A DNA stretch of 64,000 nt from Eledone cirrhosa (taxonomy: Eukaryota): the NCBI GenBank assembly GCA_964016885.1, contig OZ024745.1:63302001-63366000 (forward strand), written 5' to 3'. This document shows positions 36,156 to 49,455 of the stretch, in pieces (the stretch's first letter is position 1; every line of letters begins with the position of its first letter). Under the pieces are notes generated by a model. It did no database searches, had not been told where the DNA came from, and worked only from the letters and a program-made list of their open reading frames with translations. Position numbers and translations under genes: made by a program.

Positions 36156-39100
36156 GGCGGCCTACGTAGTAAATCGTATCATCGTGAGCTCCGCAAAGGT
36201 TTGTTATTTCCGTTTGTTAAAAATTGCCATTTATGGAAAATTTTATTGTTAACTGATTATAAGCGCACATACATTGTTTTCCGAAAAGGACACCAAAAAG
36301 ATTGGGGCCTTGTGCCCAAAATTTAAACATTTATAATTATCAAAAAATGTCTCTGAAAAAAAAAACATGGAAGTCTCACAGCCACACGAAGCTGACAGCC
36401 TTCCTCATAATCTAACACCTCACACCGACACCACCATTGTAAATATTACTACGTTTGCCAACACTAAAAATTTAATCAGTAGCAATATTTTAAATTTGTC
36501 TCAGGCAGACATTCATTTCCCGCCATTACCAATGACTGCAGGTGTTAAAGCCGCCACCACCACTACCACCACGACAACCCCCACCACCACCACCACCGCG
36601 ACAACAGAAACAAAAGGAAAAAATAAATCAACTCATGATGTCGAAATGTTTTCAACCAAAATGGACTCTTCCACACCGAACACCTCTGACGTCACCACCA
36701 CCACCACAACTGAAACTAAAATTAATAATAACAAAAATAACGATAACAACAACAGCAACAATAACATTAAAAAAACCACCCTGAGTTTTGCCAGAGTAGC
36801 AAAACAGTGCGAAGCATTTATGTTAACTCAGGAGGAATTAGAAAATGCCAAAAAAATGGTAAAGAAAGATGGGTACAGGGTCAGCCCCCCCCCCCCCCCC
36901 ACACACACACACACCTAATAAAATAGACCATCGGCGCTTATGCACCGTGTCGTATCGAATAATTAATGTAAAATCGCGCCGAGTGGAACGGGCATCCGAG
37001 TCCCAAATCCAAAAAAGCTTTGGGACATGTGTGGGCAAGAAAAACCCACATCAGACGTGGGCAGAAGTATGGAACCGTGGACGTGTTCTTTGAAACACCA
37101 GAGGAGGCTAGAGAACACTCCATGGCCCCATTAAAAAGTGACGACTTCACACTCGTCCCAAGCTATTGTGGCCAGAGACTCGTAAAGATCAGGGTGACCC
37201 ACGTTCCACCGGCCATCGAAATTCCCTGGCTAATAGCGGCTGTCCTCGCCGGCATCGAAGCCAACACCAAGATAATAGCAGTAGCAAAAGAAAAGCAGGA
37301 GAACTGGTCCGGATCTGGGATGGAGCTCCTGATCCAAGCGGACGAAAAAAGCATTGAGGAGATCCCAGAGGTAATAGACCTCACTGACGGCAGCCACCTC
37401 ACCGTAATTGTCGAGGGCAGAAGGCCTAGGTGTGTCGTTTGTGGTTAACGAACCCACCTAAGGGCTTTCTGCCCTCAGGCTAAAAGGTTGAGGCCACCTC
37501 TCCTACCCACACCAGTGACTCAACCATCAACAGCACCAGTAGCAGAGATGGCAGCAACAACTGTAGCAGCAACAAGAGCAGCAACTATAACAGCAACAAC
37601 CCAGCAACAGTAGCAAAACCAACACCACCACCACCCAACGCTTCAGAACTAGCACCAGCGCCTACACCATCCACCACGCCACAACCAAAACTAACGCCTG
37701 TGGAGGATTTTCCACTCCCCGGCGTATCACAACTGGAGACAGATTGTGACAACGAGGAGTGGGAAACGGTATCAGGAAAAAATAAAAAATAAAACCAAAA
37801 AAGTAAAGAAAATTCTCTTCCTTCCCCCTCCAAAAACAAAATACAGAGGGAAACAAATGAATTAACAAACAAAAAAGTTAGGACAGATATGCCACCATCC
37901 ACACCAGCATCACCAGCCCCATCACCCCAAACACCAACACCATCACCATCATTAACCCCAACACCACAATCACCTACACCACAAAAGTCACCAAAATGCG
38001 AAACAGAAACAAACCCACAACAAATGCAAACATAATAAAACAACCAAAACGATACACACTACACAGTATTAAATTTGAACAACAAGCAATTATTACACTA
38101 CATCCAAAACAACACCAGCATCACAGAAAAAGACTACACACCAACCCAAAAATTCACACCACCTCCACACACAAATCACTCGCATCACACAGAAAACGTA
38201 CATGACACTAAAACAAAAATTCCCCAAAGACATCGGAGACTTCCGACAAGCACTCTCCAGGAGGATTTATAAGGACATCCTTCCTGAGGAGACCACAAGC
38301 AGTGAAAAGGATGGAAAAACCGTCCTTCCTCTACAAGAAGTAAGGTAAGTGGTCTTTCCCATCTTTTCCACTCCGTTTCCACATGACCTAACTCAGAATA
38401 GGCAGCATAAATGCGAGTGGCTTGGGGTCGTCATGGAAGTAGGGCCACCTGCTCAACGACCTCAGGTCACTAAACATATATGTAGTGGCCATCAACGAGA
38501 CCAGAATCTCCGAAACACGGGCCTTCGCACCGATCTTCGGCGGCTACGATGTGTACGCATCTCCCAGCCGTCCGGGATCTGGGGGAGGAGCTACTGTGCT
38601 TTTTCGGAGAGGTTTGGGTCTTGCCATACGGGCCATCTTGCTGGACCCAGAAGGTAAGTTGGTGGTGCTGGACGTGACCAGCGGAGACGGGCAAGCTTTC
38701 AGGTTAGTGGCCGTCTATGCCCCGACAGGAGCAGGCGGCCTGATTTCTTCCGGCGTCTGGAGACCTTTCTTGGAACGTCCCGCTCTTTAGTGTTAGTGAG
38801 CGACTGGAACGGGATCTTAGATGCACGCTGGGATTGTGTGGGATTAGTGGATAGGAGAGGAGGGTGCAAGAGTCTCACCAAGCTGCTCAGGCGTTTTGAA
38901 CTGTCTGACAGGTACCGATTGGATTTCCCGAATGTACCAATGTGGACTTGGACAAATCGCATAGGATCATCCAGATCATATCTAAATAGAGTATTTTGTA
39001 GGGAAATAGATAGGTCTAGCATAGGCTGTCCACAATTCAAGATAGTCAGCTACACGGACCACAAATTCGTGATATGTGTGCTTGACTTAGATAGGCTTCA

Positions 39101-42042
39101 TAGACGAGGACCCGGCTACTGGAAGCTAAACGCGTCCTTACCAGCGCGCAAGGCCTACAGAGACCGGATTAGCGAACTAGTTAAGCGGGCGTTGACGGCG
39201 GCCATCGTCAACAAGTGGTGGTTTGCTCTGAAAAGAGCAATTAGAATAGAGTCCATTAGGTTTAGTAAGGCTTTAGCAATAGAGAAAAATAGAGCAGAGG
39301 GAGAACTAGTTAGAAAATTAGACGAGGCGCTTTGCAAAGGCATCGCGACCGACGTACTTGCGGCGAAATTGGCCCTTGACCAATTCTTCAATGCAATGCA
39401 CCAAGGCTGCGTTGTCAGAGCTAGGGTGCGTGCTCTCAGACACGAGGGGACGAAAGCCGTTCAATGGGCCCAAGTGGCGGAGGCGCGACGTGGCAACAAA
39501 TCCACGATCCGGTCTTTGGTGGAATACGACGGGCGCATGCTACTCGATCCCGGGAAAATGTGTGACGCTTTTCAGCGACACTTCGCTCAGCTGTTCGGGG
39601 GCAGCGGGGGGCCGGATCGAGGGATGGACTTTAGTGTCTACCTCGACGGACTGCCGCGGTTCTCGGCCACTGAGGCGGAGTGTTGCGAAAAGCCGATAAC
39701 AGCCGCTGAAGTACGGGAGGCAATGACTGGCTGCACAAGGGGTAAATCGCCTGGTTTGGATGGTTTGCCCTATGAACTTTACGTACAAATGCCAGACTGG
39801 TTCGGAGGCCTCTTGGCGGACGTCTACTGCAACTGGCAACAGAACGGGAGAATTCCCATCTCTGTGAGCCGAGGAGCTGGCGCTGATGAGAAAGGATCCG
39901 AACAAGGGGGATAACAGATAATGTTAGGCCCATAACTGTGCTAAACACAGAGTTCAAGATTTTGGCCATGGTGCTAGCAATGAGGTTGGCGCTTGTCGTT
40001 GGTGGTCTGGTGGGAGAGGCGCAGACATGCGCCATTCCCGACAGGTCCATCCACGACAACCTCCACCTCATGCGATACATAGTAGAGAGGGTAGCTAGGG
40101 AACCTGGCACGGGTGGGTCCTTGGTCAATTTAGATCAGTCGAAAGCTTTCGATAGGATCGACCATCGTTACCTAGCGGCAGTCCTAAGGGCGGCTAGCTT
40201 TGGGCCCGTCTTCAGAGGCTGGATCGCTGCCATGCACAGCGACATCTGCTCTGTGGTGAGAGTGAACGGTCACCTGTCGGAACCGTTCAACATCATGCGC
40301 TCGGTCCGCCAAGGATGTCCCCTCTCGTCCCTCTTGTACGTATTGACTCTCGAGCCATTACTGCACAAACTGGAGATGTTGAGGGGCGTCCTGTGCGAAC
40401 TAGGATGCGGAAGATCAGTGTCAGCATATGCGGACGATGTCACTGTAGTGGTGTCGAACGCCAAACACATCGAGGCGATCGGCACTACACTAAGAGAATA
40501 CGAAGCGGAGACAGGAGCAATGATCAACCAGGAAAAGTCAGTGGGCCTGCAGCTCGGCACCTGGAGAGGAAGGTCCATGCCGTCCAACAGCGTCGTCGGA
40601 CGCTGGACGGACGGACCGGTTAAATTGCTAGGGGTCTGGTTCGGTCCGGACCTCCAGACGGACAAAAACTGGGACGAGGTGACGAGCAGGGTGGCTTCTC
40701 TCACCCAGAAATGGGCTTAGAGGAAGCTATCCCTGAAAGGTCGAGCGGAGGTGGCTAACGCGTACATCGCGTCTGTCATCTGCTACCGCCTGACCGTCGT
40801 ACCTTGTCCTAAGCCTCGCCTGACTGCGCTGGAGCGTTTGCTCTTTCGCTTTTTGTGGAAGGGACGCGCTCCGATGGTCAGGCGGTCTATCTGTTGTCAA
40901 CACCCGCTACGTGGGGGGCTGGGCATGCCGTGGCTGATGATGCGCAGGCACGCACTCAGGCTACGACATCTCCATCTCTTCCTCGACGGTGATCAGGTGT
41001 GGTCGCCGTTTGCTAGACACGTATTTCCCCAGCTCGTTTCCTTGACGGGGCTGCAGTCCTGGGTCAAGCGAAGACTGAAAGGGAGCGCCTGGAGACTGGA
41101 ATGTCTTCAGGCGCTCACAGCCCTCGACCAATCGGGCAATGTGATCGGTGGAAACTCCACCTTGGCGTTCTATAGAGGATTGGTGGAGGGGAAGAGCGAC
41201 GACGTACTTGGGGAAACTCTAGGCGTCGACGAAAATCAACTAGCCAATCTCTTCGGAAGAACTTTCGGGCCAGGGCCTATGGACTACTTCCAGAAATCTC
41301 TGGCCTGGCAGTGCTACCGAGGAGCCTTGCCAGTTCGGGATAAACTCTACAGGCATGGAGGTGCCGTCAGCCGGGCATGTCCGAGATGCGCGCAGGGCGA
41401 CGAAACCGTCCTGCACGCACTCGTCCAGTGTCCGAAAATTGCTGACTTGTGGGTTTATGTCGAACACCTGCTGTCGCGTGTAGGACGGATCCGGCTATTA
41501 TCTGAGTCCATCGTGAGGATTGCCCCGCCCCCCTCCTTTAGCCGGGAAGGGCAGGCAGTTTTTATCTGTCTGGTGGCCATGGCGAAAGAGATAGTATGGT
41601 GGACACGTTTGAAAGGGCTGAAGACGAGCACTTACCTCTTCGGTGATGCTCTGATTGACTTTTTCAAATTTCATTTGAAAAGGAAAATCAGAGTAGAGAG
41701 GGAAGTGCTCTCTTCCCAGCATTTTGTTGAAAGATGGGTGAGAGAAGCAAGAATGGCCCGAGTGAATGGGCCTACTCTGAGTATATATCTGTAAATTTAA
41801 GGTGGAAAGCTGGGAGAGGGCACTTGCCTTGGTGGTCAGGGTCACTGTGGCCTTTTACTGGGCTTTCTCCACAAATGTCCCTCCGAAGTCTCCCCCTATT
41901 GGGGAATTTTTCATTGTTATTTTTTTGTTACATCCTCTGTTTTTGTTTTTTACACGCAGAAATGCCCATTTGTACCGTCCTGTATTGTCCTGCACTGTCC
42001 TTAATGTCTACTTTATGTAAACACTTGTGGTTAATAAAGAAA

Positions 42043-42044
<2 letters not shown>
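36156..42044 (+). mobile_element. Tx1-clade family C, full-length copy C2 (multiply disrupted)
   Basis: Colinear with C1, 5889 bp; ORF1 ATG at 36367; ORF2 pieces ~38383-41794 with stops and frameshifts; AATAAA then (ATT)n 42045-42083. Confidence 0.93.
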
Positions 42045-42084
<40 letters not shown>

Positions 42085-42452
42085 CAGAGAGGGCCGTGGG
42101 TTAGCTTTAGAGTTAGGGTTAGGGTTAGTTTTATCATTAGTTTATTAAATTGCGTACAGTTAGAGTAAGCGACCATAAATCTATTTGCATTTTATATGTA
42201 CAATGTTGTTTTTAGTGTTATATTTATTGTGCTGTATGTACACAATGTCTAATAAGACTATATACTATGTTTGTAATTCTTTGGAATTTTTTCATGAGTT
42301 TCATTGTTCTTCAGTTTATGCATTTTGTTTTTCAGAATTTCCATTCGTATTATTTCTAATTTTTTTTTAATCGTGTGTTATCTCCATGTAGTTGGAAATA
42401 CATTGTCTCAAACATCGATTTGAAAGCACCTATTTTTTGGTGTGGGGGCAAA

Positions 42453-42910
42453 TTATAATTGTTTTTTACTTTTGGCACAAGGCCAGCAATTATCCCAGTG
42501 TATTACCTCGTAAGGATGAAAGGCAAAGTTAACTTCATTAGGATTTGAACTCAGACCATAAAGAGCCGTAACTCTTTGCTGTAAATTATAATTGTTTCTA
42601 CTTTTGGCACAAGGCCAGCAATTACCCCTGTGCATTACTGGTACTTCATTTTATCGACCCCGTAAGGATGAAAGGCAAAGTTAACCTCGGCGGGATTTGA
42701 ACTCAGAATGACAAGGGCCGTAACTCAAAGTATGGTATCCGACCCTCTACCGATACTGCCAAATTATAATTGTTTCTACTTTTGTCACAAGTGCCAAATT
42801 ATAATTGTTTCTACTTTAGGCACAAGGCCAGCAATTACCCAGTGCATTACTGGTACTTTATTTTATCGACCTCGTAAGGATGAAAGGCAAAGTCACAAGT
42901 GCCAAATCAT
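42453..42910 (-). mobile_element. Tandem array of SINE copies and fragments
   Basis: ataattgtttctactttt.gcacaaggccagc starts at ~42455, 42586, 42764 and 42800. Confidence 0.85.
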
Positions 42911-43886
42911 AATACCTGCCAATTAGATTTGACATGGCACTCTGTGTTTCTTGGCATTTCTCAGAGTACGGTTGTCTTTTCATTCTCCAGCATAGTTTCT
43001 CAGATATACCTATACCTTTTCTGTTGGCATTTAAGCATACGTAAATACCGCCTCTGTCACATTTCTGGGTTCATTCTTTTCCAGTTCTATAGTTTGCAGC
43101 TGGTTTCTGGTACGTGTTCTTTAATGTGTTACTGCAATTAAGGATTCTTCAGCAACGTCTGAAACTAGCTTAGAAAGTGGTGTGGATTTTCTTAGTCAAC
43201 ATCATATCTATTCATCTATTTAGGAAATTTGCTGTGTATGAGCTTTTCCTACCATCATTTTATTATGTAATTCTGGGGATCTGTTTTCAATTTTCATATT
43301 AGCTTTTGTATGAATTCTTTTATTATTTCTGATATTTTATTATAGCTATCAATAAATTCAGCTTCTAATTGCTGCCTTCCCAGAAGGCAGACATCTGTTG
43401 TTTTCTCCGTTCATGTTCTTTGTATTTACTTTCCATTATTCTATTTTTCAGTCCTTCATTGGATATATTATAATATAATTATAGTCACAATATCTCCCTT
43501 ATTACCTTGTGTTTTGTAGTAAATATTACTTTTATCTGATTTGTATTATATTTTCATAATCCAGTAATTGTTTTCTTATTTTTCGTTCATGTCTGACCAT
43601 AGTGGACGTTTAATGTCTAGCTAAGAATATTAAAATGGTAGCCTTTTGTTGAGACAAATAGATCATTGAAGATTGTTACTATGTTGGTTTCATTCGTTTA
43701 ATCCGGAATATTTGTAGTCTTGTATTTGATCTAATTCTCTTACGCCAGGTACTTTATCTAGCACGATAATAGAGTTTTAATTAATATTCGTTAACCTTCT
43801 TCAAGTATGCAAGACCAAAGGTATATAGATGCTCATTTCCACCTAGTGCGAACTTGATTAGCAGTATTGCTAACATAGATTGGTAT

Positions 43887-44027
43887 ATAATTGTTTCTAT
43901 TTTTGGCACAAGGCCAGCTATAACCCAGTACATTACTGGTACTTTATTTATCGACCCCGTAAGGATGAAAGTCAAAGTTAACCTCGCCGGAATTTGAACT
44001 CGGATCATAAAGGGACGTAACTCTATG
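43887..44027 (-). mobile_element. SINE copy
   Basis: Same body and B box as 8177-8348. Confidence 0.85.
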
Positions 44028-46836
44028 CACTCTATGCCAATCCACATAATAATACATGAAAGCATATACGATGTGTTTATGAATATTAGTCAAACGAAAG
44101 TCTTGCTATATATGTTTAATCTGTGGCCATGTTATATTTAGTGCAATACCCTGTGAGAATGCCAAGTAGCAGTTTCTGGAGTTTTATCTTTAGTCGGTGA
44201 CATTTACTTGATCAGTACTGAGAAGAGAATAATCCTAAGCCTATATGACATTTGTGTTTGAGACATCGACTGGAGGTTCGCAGTTGTATATTGTGCAAAA
44301 CACCCAGTCTGGAGATACTCCATAACATGTAGTGCGAACGTGAATGGCTACAACTAAGTAGCAGTTGCACTAATATAGCGTAGTTCATAATAGACATAAT
44401 AGAAGCTTATACAATATGTGTATGCACAGACATCAAGAAATATGTGTCTGGCATTCTCACCGGCTGGTGAGTTAGCTGCGATATTATCACAACTTGAAAC
44501 ATTCATAGCGAACCACCCGGATGTTTATTATACAAAAACATATAATATATGAAATCATATACATCACTATAAGGAATCAAATGAAGCATGTGCCACTGCT
44601 AATTGACACTAGCGAGTGCAGTTAGCACTATATGGAAATTGACATCTCCAGCCGATATTCCCATATAAGCTTTAGTGTAATCTCAACTCAGAACCGAGTG
44701 AGTAAATATAATCGATGAATGATAAAAATCCAGAAATCGCTGGCTGGAATTATCACTGGCTAATTAGATAGTTCGTTGTTGAAGGCAAATATGGTTACTT
44801 GCATAATAAACATCATATTCTAGTTTTATTTGTATGCTTTCCGTATGTTTCTAATAAAAGATTTCATATATTTTTTTCGAACTCAATACTTTCGAAATAT
44901 ATTTGACAGCTACGTTTTTAAACTTACCCGACGTCAAAATGCATGTTATATATAACATTTCTTCGAATATTTAGTTGATTGCAAATTGAAGTTTTTTATA
45001 GAATAGTAATAGATTGATGTAATATTCAACATAATATTTATCTAGTGACAGATTAAGTAGAATAATTCAAATAACCAATGACATACGCAAAAAAAAAAAG
45101 TTTCCATATATTATTAAAAATAGCCTCATTTCAGAAATTCTTATTACTTTAGACAGATATCTGGATAATGTTTTCCTTAGACGTTATGTTACTAGTATCA
45201 AGTAGAAACTGTTAAATAACTGGTATTCAAATTTAATTTCATATACGTATGCAAATCTATTTAAAAGTTTATTGGAGAAAATTGGCTTAAAATATATTAT
45301 CTTTTGAAATATATTTTTTTGTAAATAAATTCGAAGACATGGTGAGATATATGAAAGGATCATCAAATTTTATTTCATGAAACGAAAAATTGAAACACCT
45401 GCTTTTCTCGCTATTTACGCCTTAAGTTGTATTTCACATTAAATACTTTACCTATACATATGCTGTCAGTATTATTTGAGAAATAGAATATCATATAGAC
45501 GATTGGAGAATATTGTGTTATTACCCCATTAAGAGGGATGAATTCCCAAAATATCTGTATGTGCGGCTTAAAAACGTAAGGGAACAGAAGAGTATTTAAA
45601 TGAAGCTCCTCTTTTACTCATCAGCTTCCAAATACACATGAAGACGTTCACACATATATATATATATGAACGCACATCTGACATGACAAATATTGCTGCT
45701 ACTGTTGAAAATGTTACATGCAGATAAACATGTACCAACCTTGTACACATTAAATGTCGCAATGCTGGTTAAAAAGATTTTAAGGAAGATTTCTGTTAAA
45801 TCATTGTACACATTTTAATCAAACGAATAAAGATTTGGAAGAAATAAAATATCTTGAATTCCAGCAGAAATGCTACCATATTGAGTTGTGTGACTATAGT
45901 GCGATAATCGTTAGGACTTTCAAAAAATATATTTGGGTTAAGATCATAATGTATATCTACCGTTCTATACTTGAACAGTTTATGGTGATATTCTCCAACA
46001 AAATGCTTTTGAAATTTCCATGACCTCCAAGACTTTTTTATATCGTCCTAAATAAAAGCTAGAGAACATTTTTAAGCGGCATCTTTATGTTCACTTGTAG
46101 CAAAATACAGACAGTTTCATTACTTATAACCCTCAAATAAATGTCTATGTATAGTTATTGAGACGGTAGAGTGGTTTCCTAGTTCAAAACTAAATGTTCT
46201 ATAACTTTATAAGTAATAACATATTGGTTCTTGCTTCTATTGTCACCGAAACATTTCCAATTTCATTTTCATGTACAATAAAGTAAACTTTTTTTAAAAT
46301 ACACACATAGACCCTGTCACGCAGTGCAACAATTATACATATATATATATATCCATCGTGAATACTTGCTGAAATAGAGCTTTGGTGGTATTTGAGCATT
46401 GGAGGTGGTCTAATGAGTGGGGAAGCACATATGAGACAGATAAGCTAAGGAAGCATGTCTTTTATTCTCTTCACTCTTTACAACCTTATTCAGACTCACA
46501 CTATTATAAATATGTACGTACTCCTTATAACCAGCCAAGGAATACCGCATCTACAATGATTTACATAACGTCGAGCGCTTTAACTAATTACAACATGATT
46601 TACTAACCGGAATGACTAGAACTACCAATTTATATACCATTTTTGTTGTGTGGTTTACTACCCACATTGGCGCTTATTTTTATCTCACACTGCATATCAT
46701 TGTTTATTGTCTCTACTGTTTTCTCACGACGTGTCGTTCGCTGTAATAGCTTAAACTCTATACACCAGAAACCTAATACCAACATTCTTTGTCATGAATC
46801 TCTATAAACTTTACACAAATGCATACATACACACAG

Positions 46837-46877
<41 letters not shown>

Positions 46878-47076
46878 GTGTGTGTCTGTGCACGGGTTTA
46901 TATATGTATATACATGCATTTATGATGGCTGCAAACTCTGCCAAGAGTATTGCAATCGCTTGTCAGATTCAGATGTAGGACGCTCAGATATGGCTTTTCA
47001 AGCCTACTAGAGACTTGCAGTCCTTCACACACTGACGACAACTATGAATCTCCCTAGCTTGAGGTCCTTCATCAGG

Positions 47077-49455
47077 TTACCCATGAACCCTCACAACACT
47101 GTGGAGATCATAGTTCACTGGTTCTCTCTGAACATGGCTGTGAGTGTGGCTCCTGAGACCAGACTTGCTCAAGCAAATGTTTCCACACTCAGGGTTCTTC
47201 AACTCAATGGAGACACCGATCGTTTCGAGAGATACACCATGGCATTGCTTACGCACATCCCGTTTGATCTTCTCGTGCTCATTGCGTCTGTCCTCAAAAT
47301 TATGGACCCCATCACTAACCATTCCACGCCAAGTTTCTCTTTCAAGAGCTTCTATCTCCCAGTCAGCCATCATCAAACCAATTTTTTTCAATGAGTCCTT
47401 TACACAATCCTTGAATCGGAGCTTTGGTTTGTGAGGTTGTCTCTTACCCTCACAAAGCTCGCCATACAACAGTTGTTTTGGGATTTGATCATCCTCCATT
47501 CTGCAGTGGTGTCCGGTCCATCGCAAAGGCCGTTGATGGATGATACTCTCAATGCTCCGACACTCACTTCTCTCAAGGACCTCAACATCACTCACATACA
47601 TCTGCCACTTGATACCGAGCATCTTTCTGAGACACTGCTGGTGAAACCGTTCCAGTCTGTGGATATGCCGTTTGTAGGCAACCCATGCCTCACATGCATA
47701 CAGCAAAGCTTACAGTACACATGCAGCATACACTCTCACCTTTGTCCTCATTGTGATTCCTCGCCTGCACCAAAGACGGTCGTTGAGCCTTCCAAATGAC
47801 TCACTTGCCTTACTAACACGTAGACTAACTTCTGCATCCAGAGAGCAGGTCACACTCAGAGTACTCCCCAAATGTGTCAGCAGCATTCAGCTTTTGACCA
47901 TATACGTGTATGGAGGGTTCCTTGAAAACTTTATCCGGAGCAGGTTGGTACATGACGACAGTCGTCTTCAGACTGATTGTCAGTCCCACAGCACTGCACG
48001 CATTGGAAAAAGAATCCATAAGGTGTTGCATGTCACTCCTGGAGTGTGCAAAGAGATCACAATCATATGCATATAAAAATTCTCTGATCACGGTACTCAG
48101 TACCTTAGTGTTGGCGGTGAGACGCCTAAGGTTAAACAGCTTGCCGGAAGTGCGATATCTGAGATAGATACAGTGTTGACAATCTTTGAAGGCCATCAAG
48201 AACACCATCGCGAAATACAAGGCAAACAAAGTTGGTGCAGGTATATCACCCTGCTTGACACCATTTTCAACCGAGATTGGCTCAGACAGTTTACCTCCAA
48301 TATTCATCCATGCCTGCATGTCATCGTGGAAGAGTTTCAGAATGTTCACAAACTTTTCAGGACAGCAAAATAACACACAAAGCCTTCCGATTAACGGTGT
48401 CAAATGCCTTGGTCAGATCGACAAAAACTTGGTATAAGTCCATGCGCTGCTCAATGCATTTCTCTTGAAGTTGTTTGGCCGAGAAGATCATGTCAACAGT
48501 GCCTCTGCCATTCCTAAAGCCACATTGGGACTCAGGAAGTACCTCAGCAGCAATGTGTTGTATCAATCTGTCCAACAATATCCTGCACAAGATCTTCCCA
48601 GCCACAGATAGCAGTGAAATACCTCTGTAGTTGCCACAGTCATCTTTGGCTCCCTTTCCTTTGTAAAGTACCACCATCAATGCATCTTTCCAATCCTGTG
48701 GCACATCTTCTTCATTCCAAACATTCACAAAGAGATCAGTGAGGCAGTTTAAGAAGTTATCACCAACACACTTGAAAATCTCGGCATTCAGTCCATCCAT
48801 TCCAGTGACTTGCCGCTGTTTAATTTAACAATGGCCTTCGCCACCTCATCAAATAAAGGAGGATCAGCCATTGCCAGCTTTGTAGGTCTGGATGGAATCG
48901 ACCGGATGACCTCATCATCAATTTCTGATGGTATGTTGAGAAGCTCATCAAAGTTGTCATGCCACCTGATCAGGATTTCCTACGGATCTCTGAGCAATTC
49001 CTTTGCAGTCCCCGGAGCGAAGTGGTGATATTTGTGAACCGGTCGGACCATACACCTCCCTGAGCAGAGAGTATAGGAGCTTTGTATCATGTCTATCTGA
49101 GACCTTCTGGATTTCATCAGCCTTTTGGCTCCACCAGGTATCCTACATGACTCTCAGTCGATGTTGCACACGTGCCTTGATCTGCCTGAAGGTCCGGTCA
49201 CTCCCGTCAGAACGTGTCTCATACAACAATGATGTCAGCACTTTTTGTTTCTCTTTAAGCAAGGTCTGGATCACTGGATCATTTTCATCGAACCAGTCTT
49301 TATGCTTTCTATTGGTATGACACAAAACTCCGGCACTAACATCATAGACGGTTTTCTTCAATGATTCCCAAGTGTTTTCACATTCCATGGACTCAAGGGA
49401 CCTCGACAGCTCAGCTCTGACTTTCTCTGTTTTCAGACGAGCCACATTTAGTTGT
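47077..49455 (-). mobile_element. RTE (BovB-like) LINE, 5'-truncated and decayed
   Basis: HKDWFDEND, NYRGISLLSVAGK, ESQCGFR, QEKCIEQ, VDLTKAFD, GVKQG, FLYAYD, LRWTGH, PKQLLYGEL across frameshifted ORFs. Confidence 0.92.

Noticed and set aside
16258-41845. Antisense and alternate-frame ORFs over elements A, B and C
   Set aside because: Shadows of the retrotransposon ORFs with no independent motifs
25106-42044. B1-C1 and B2-C2 as one tandem segmental duplication
   Set aside because: B1 is truncated with its own TTA junction, D intervenes only in the second unit, and lesions differ; independent insertions fit better, though duplication is not fully excluded
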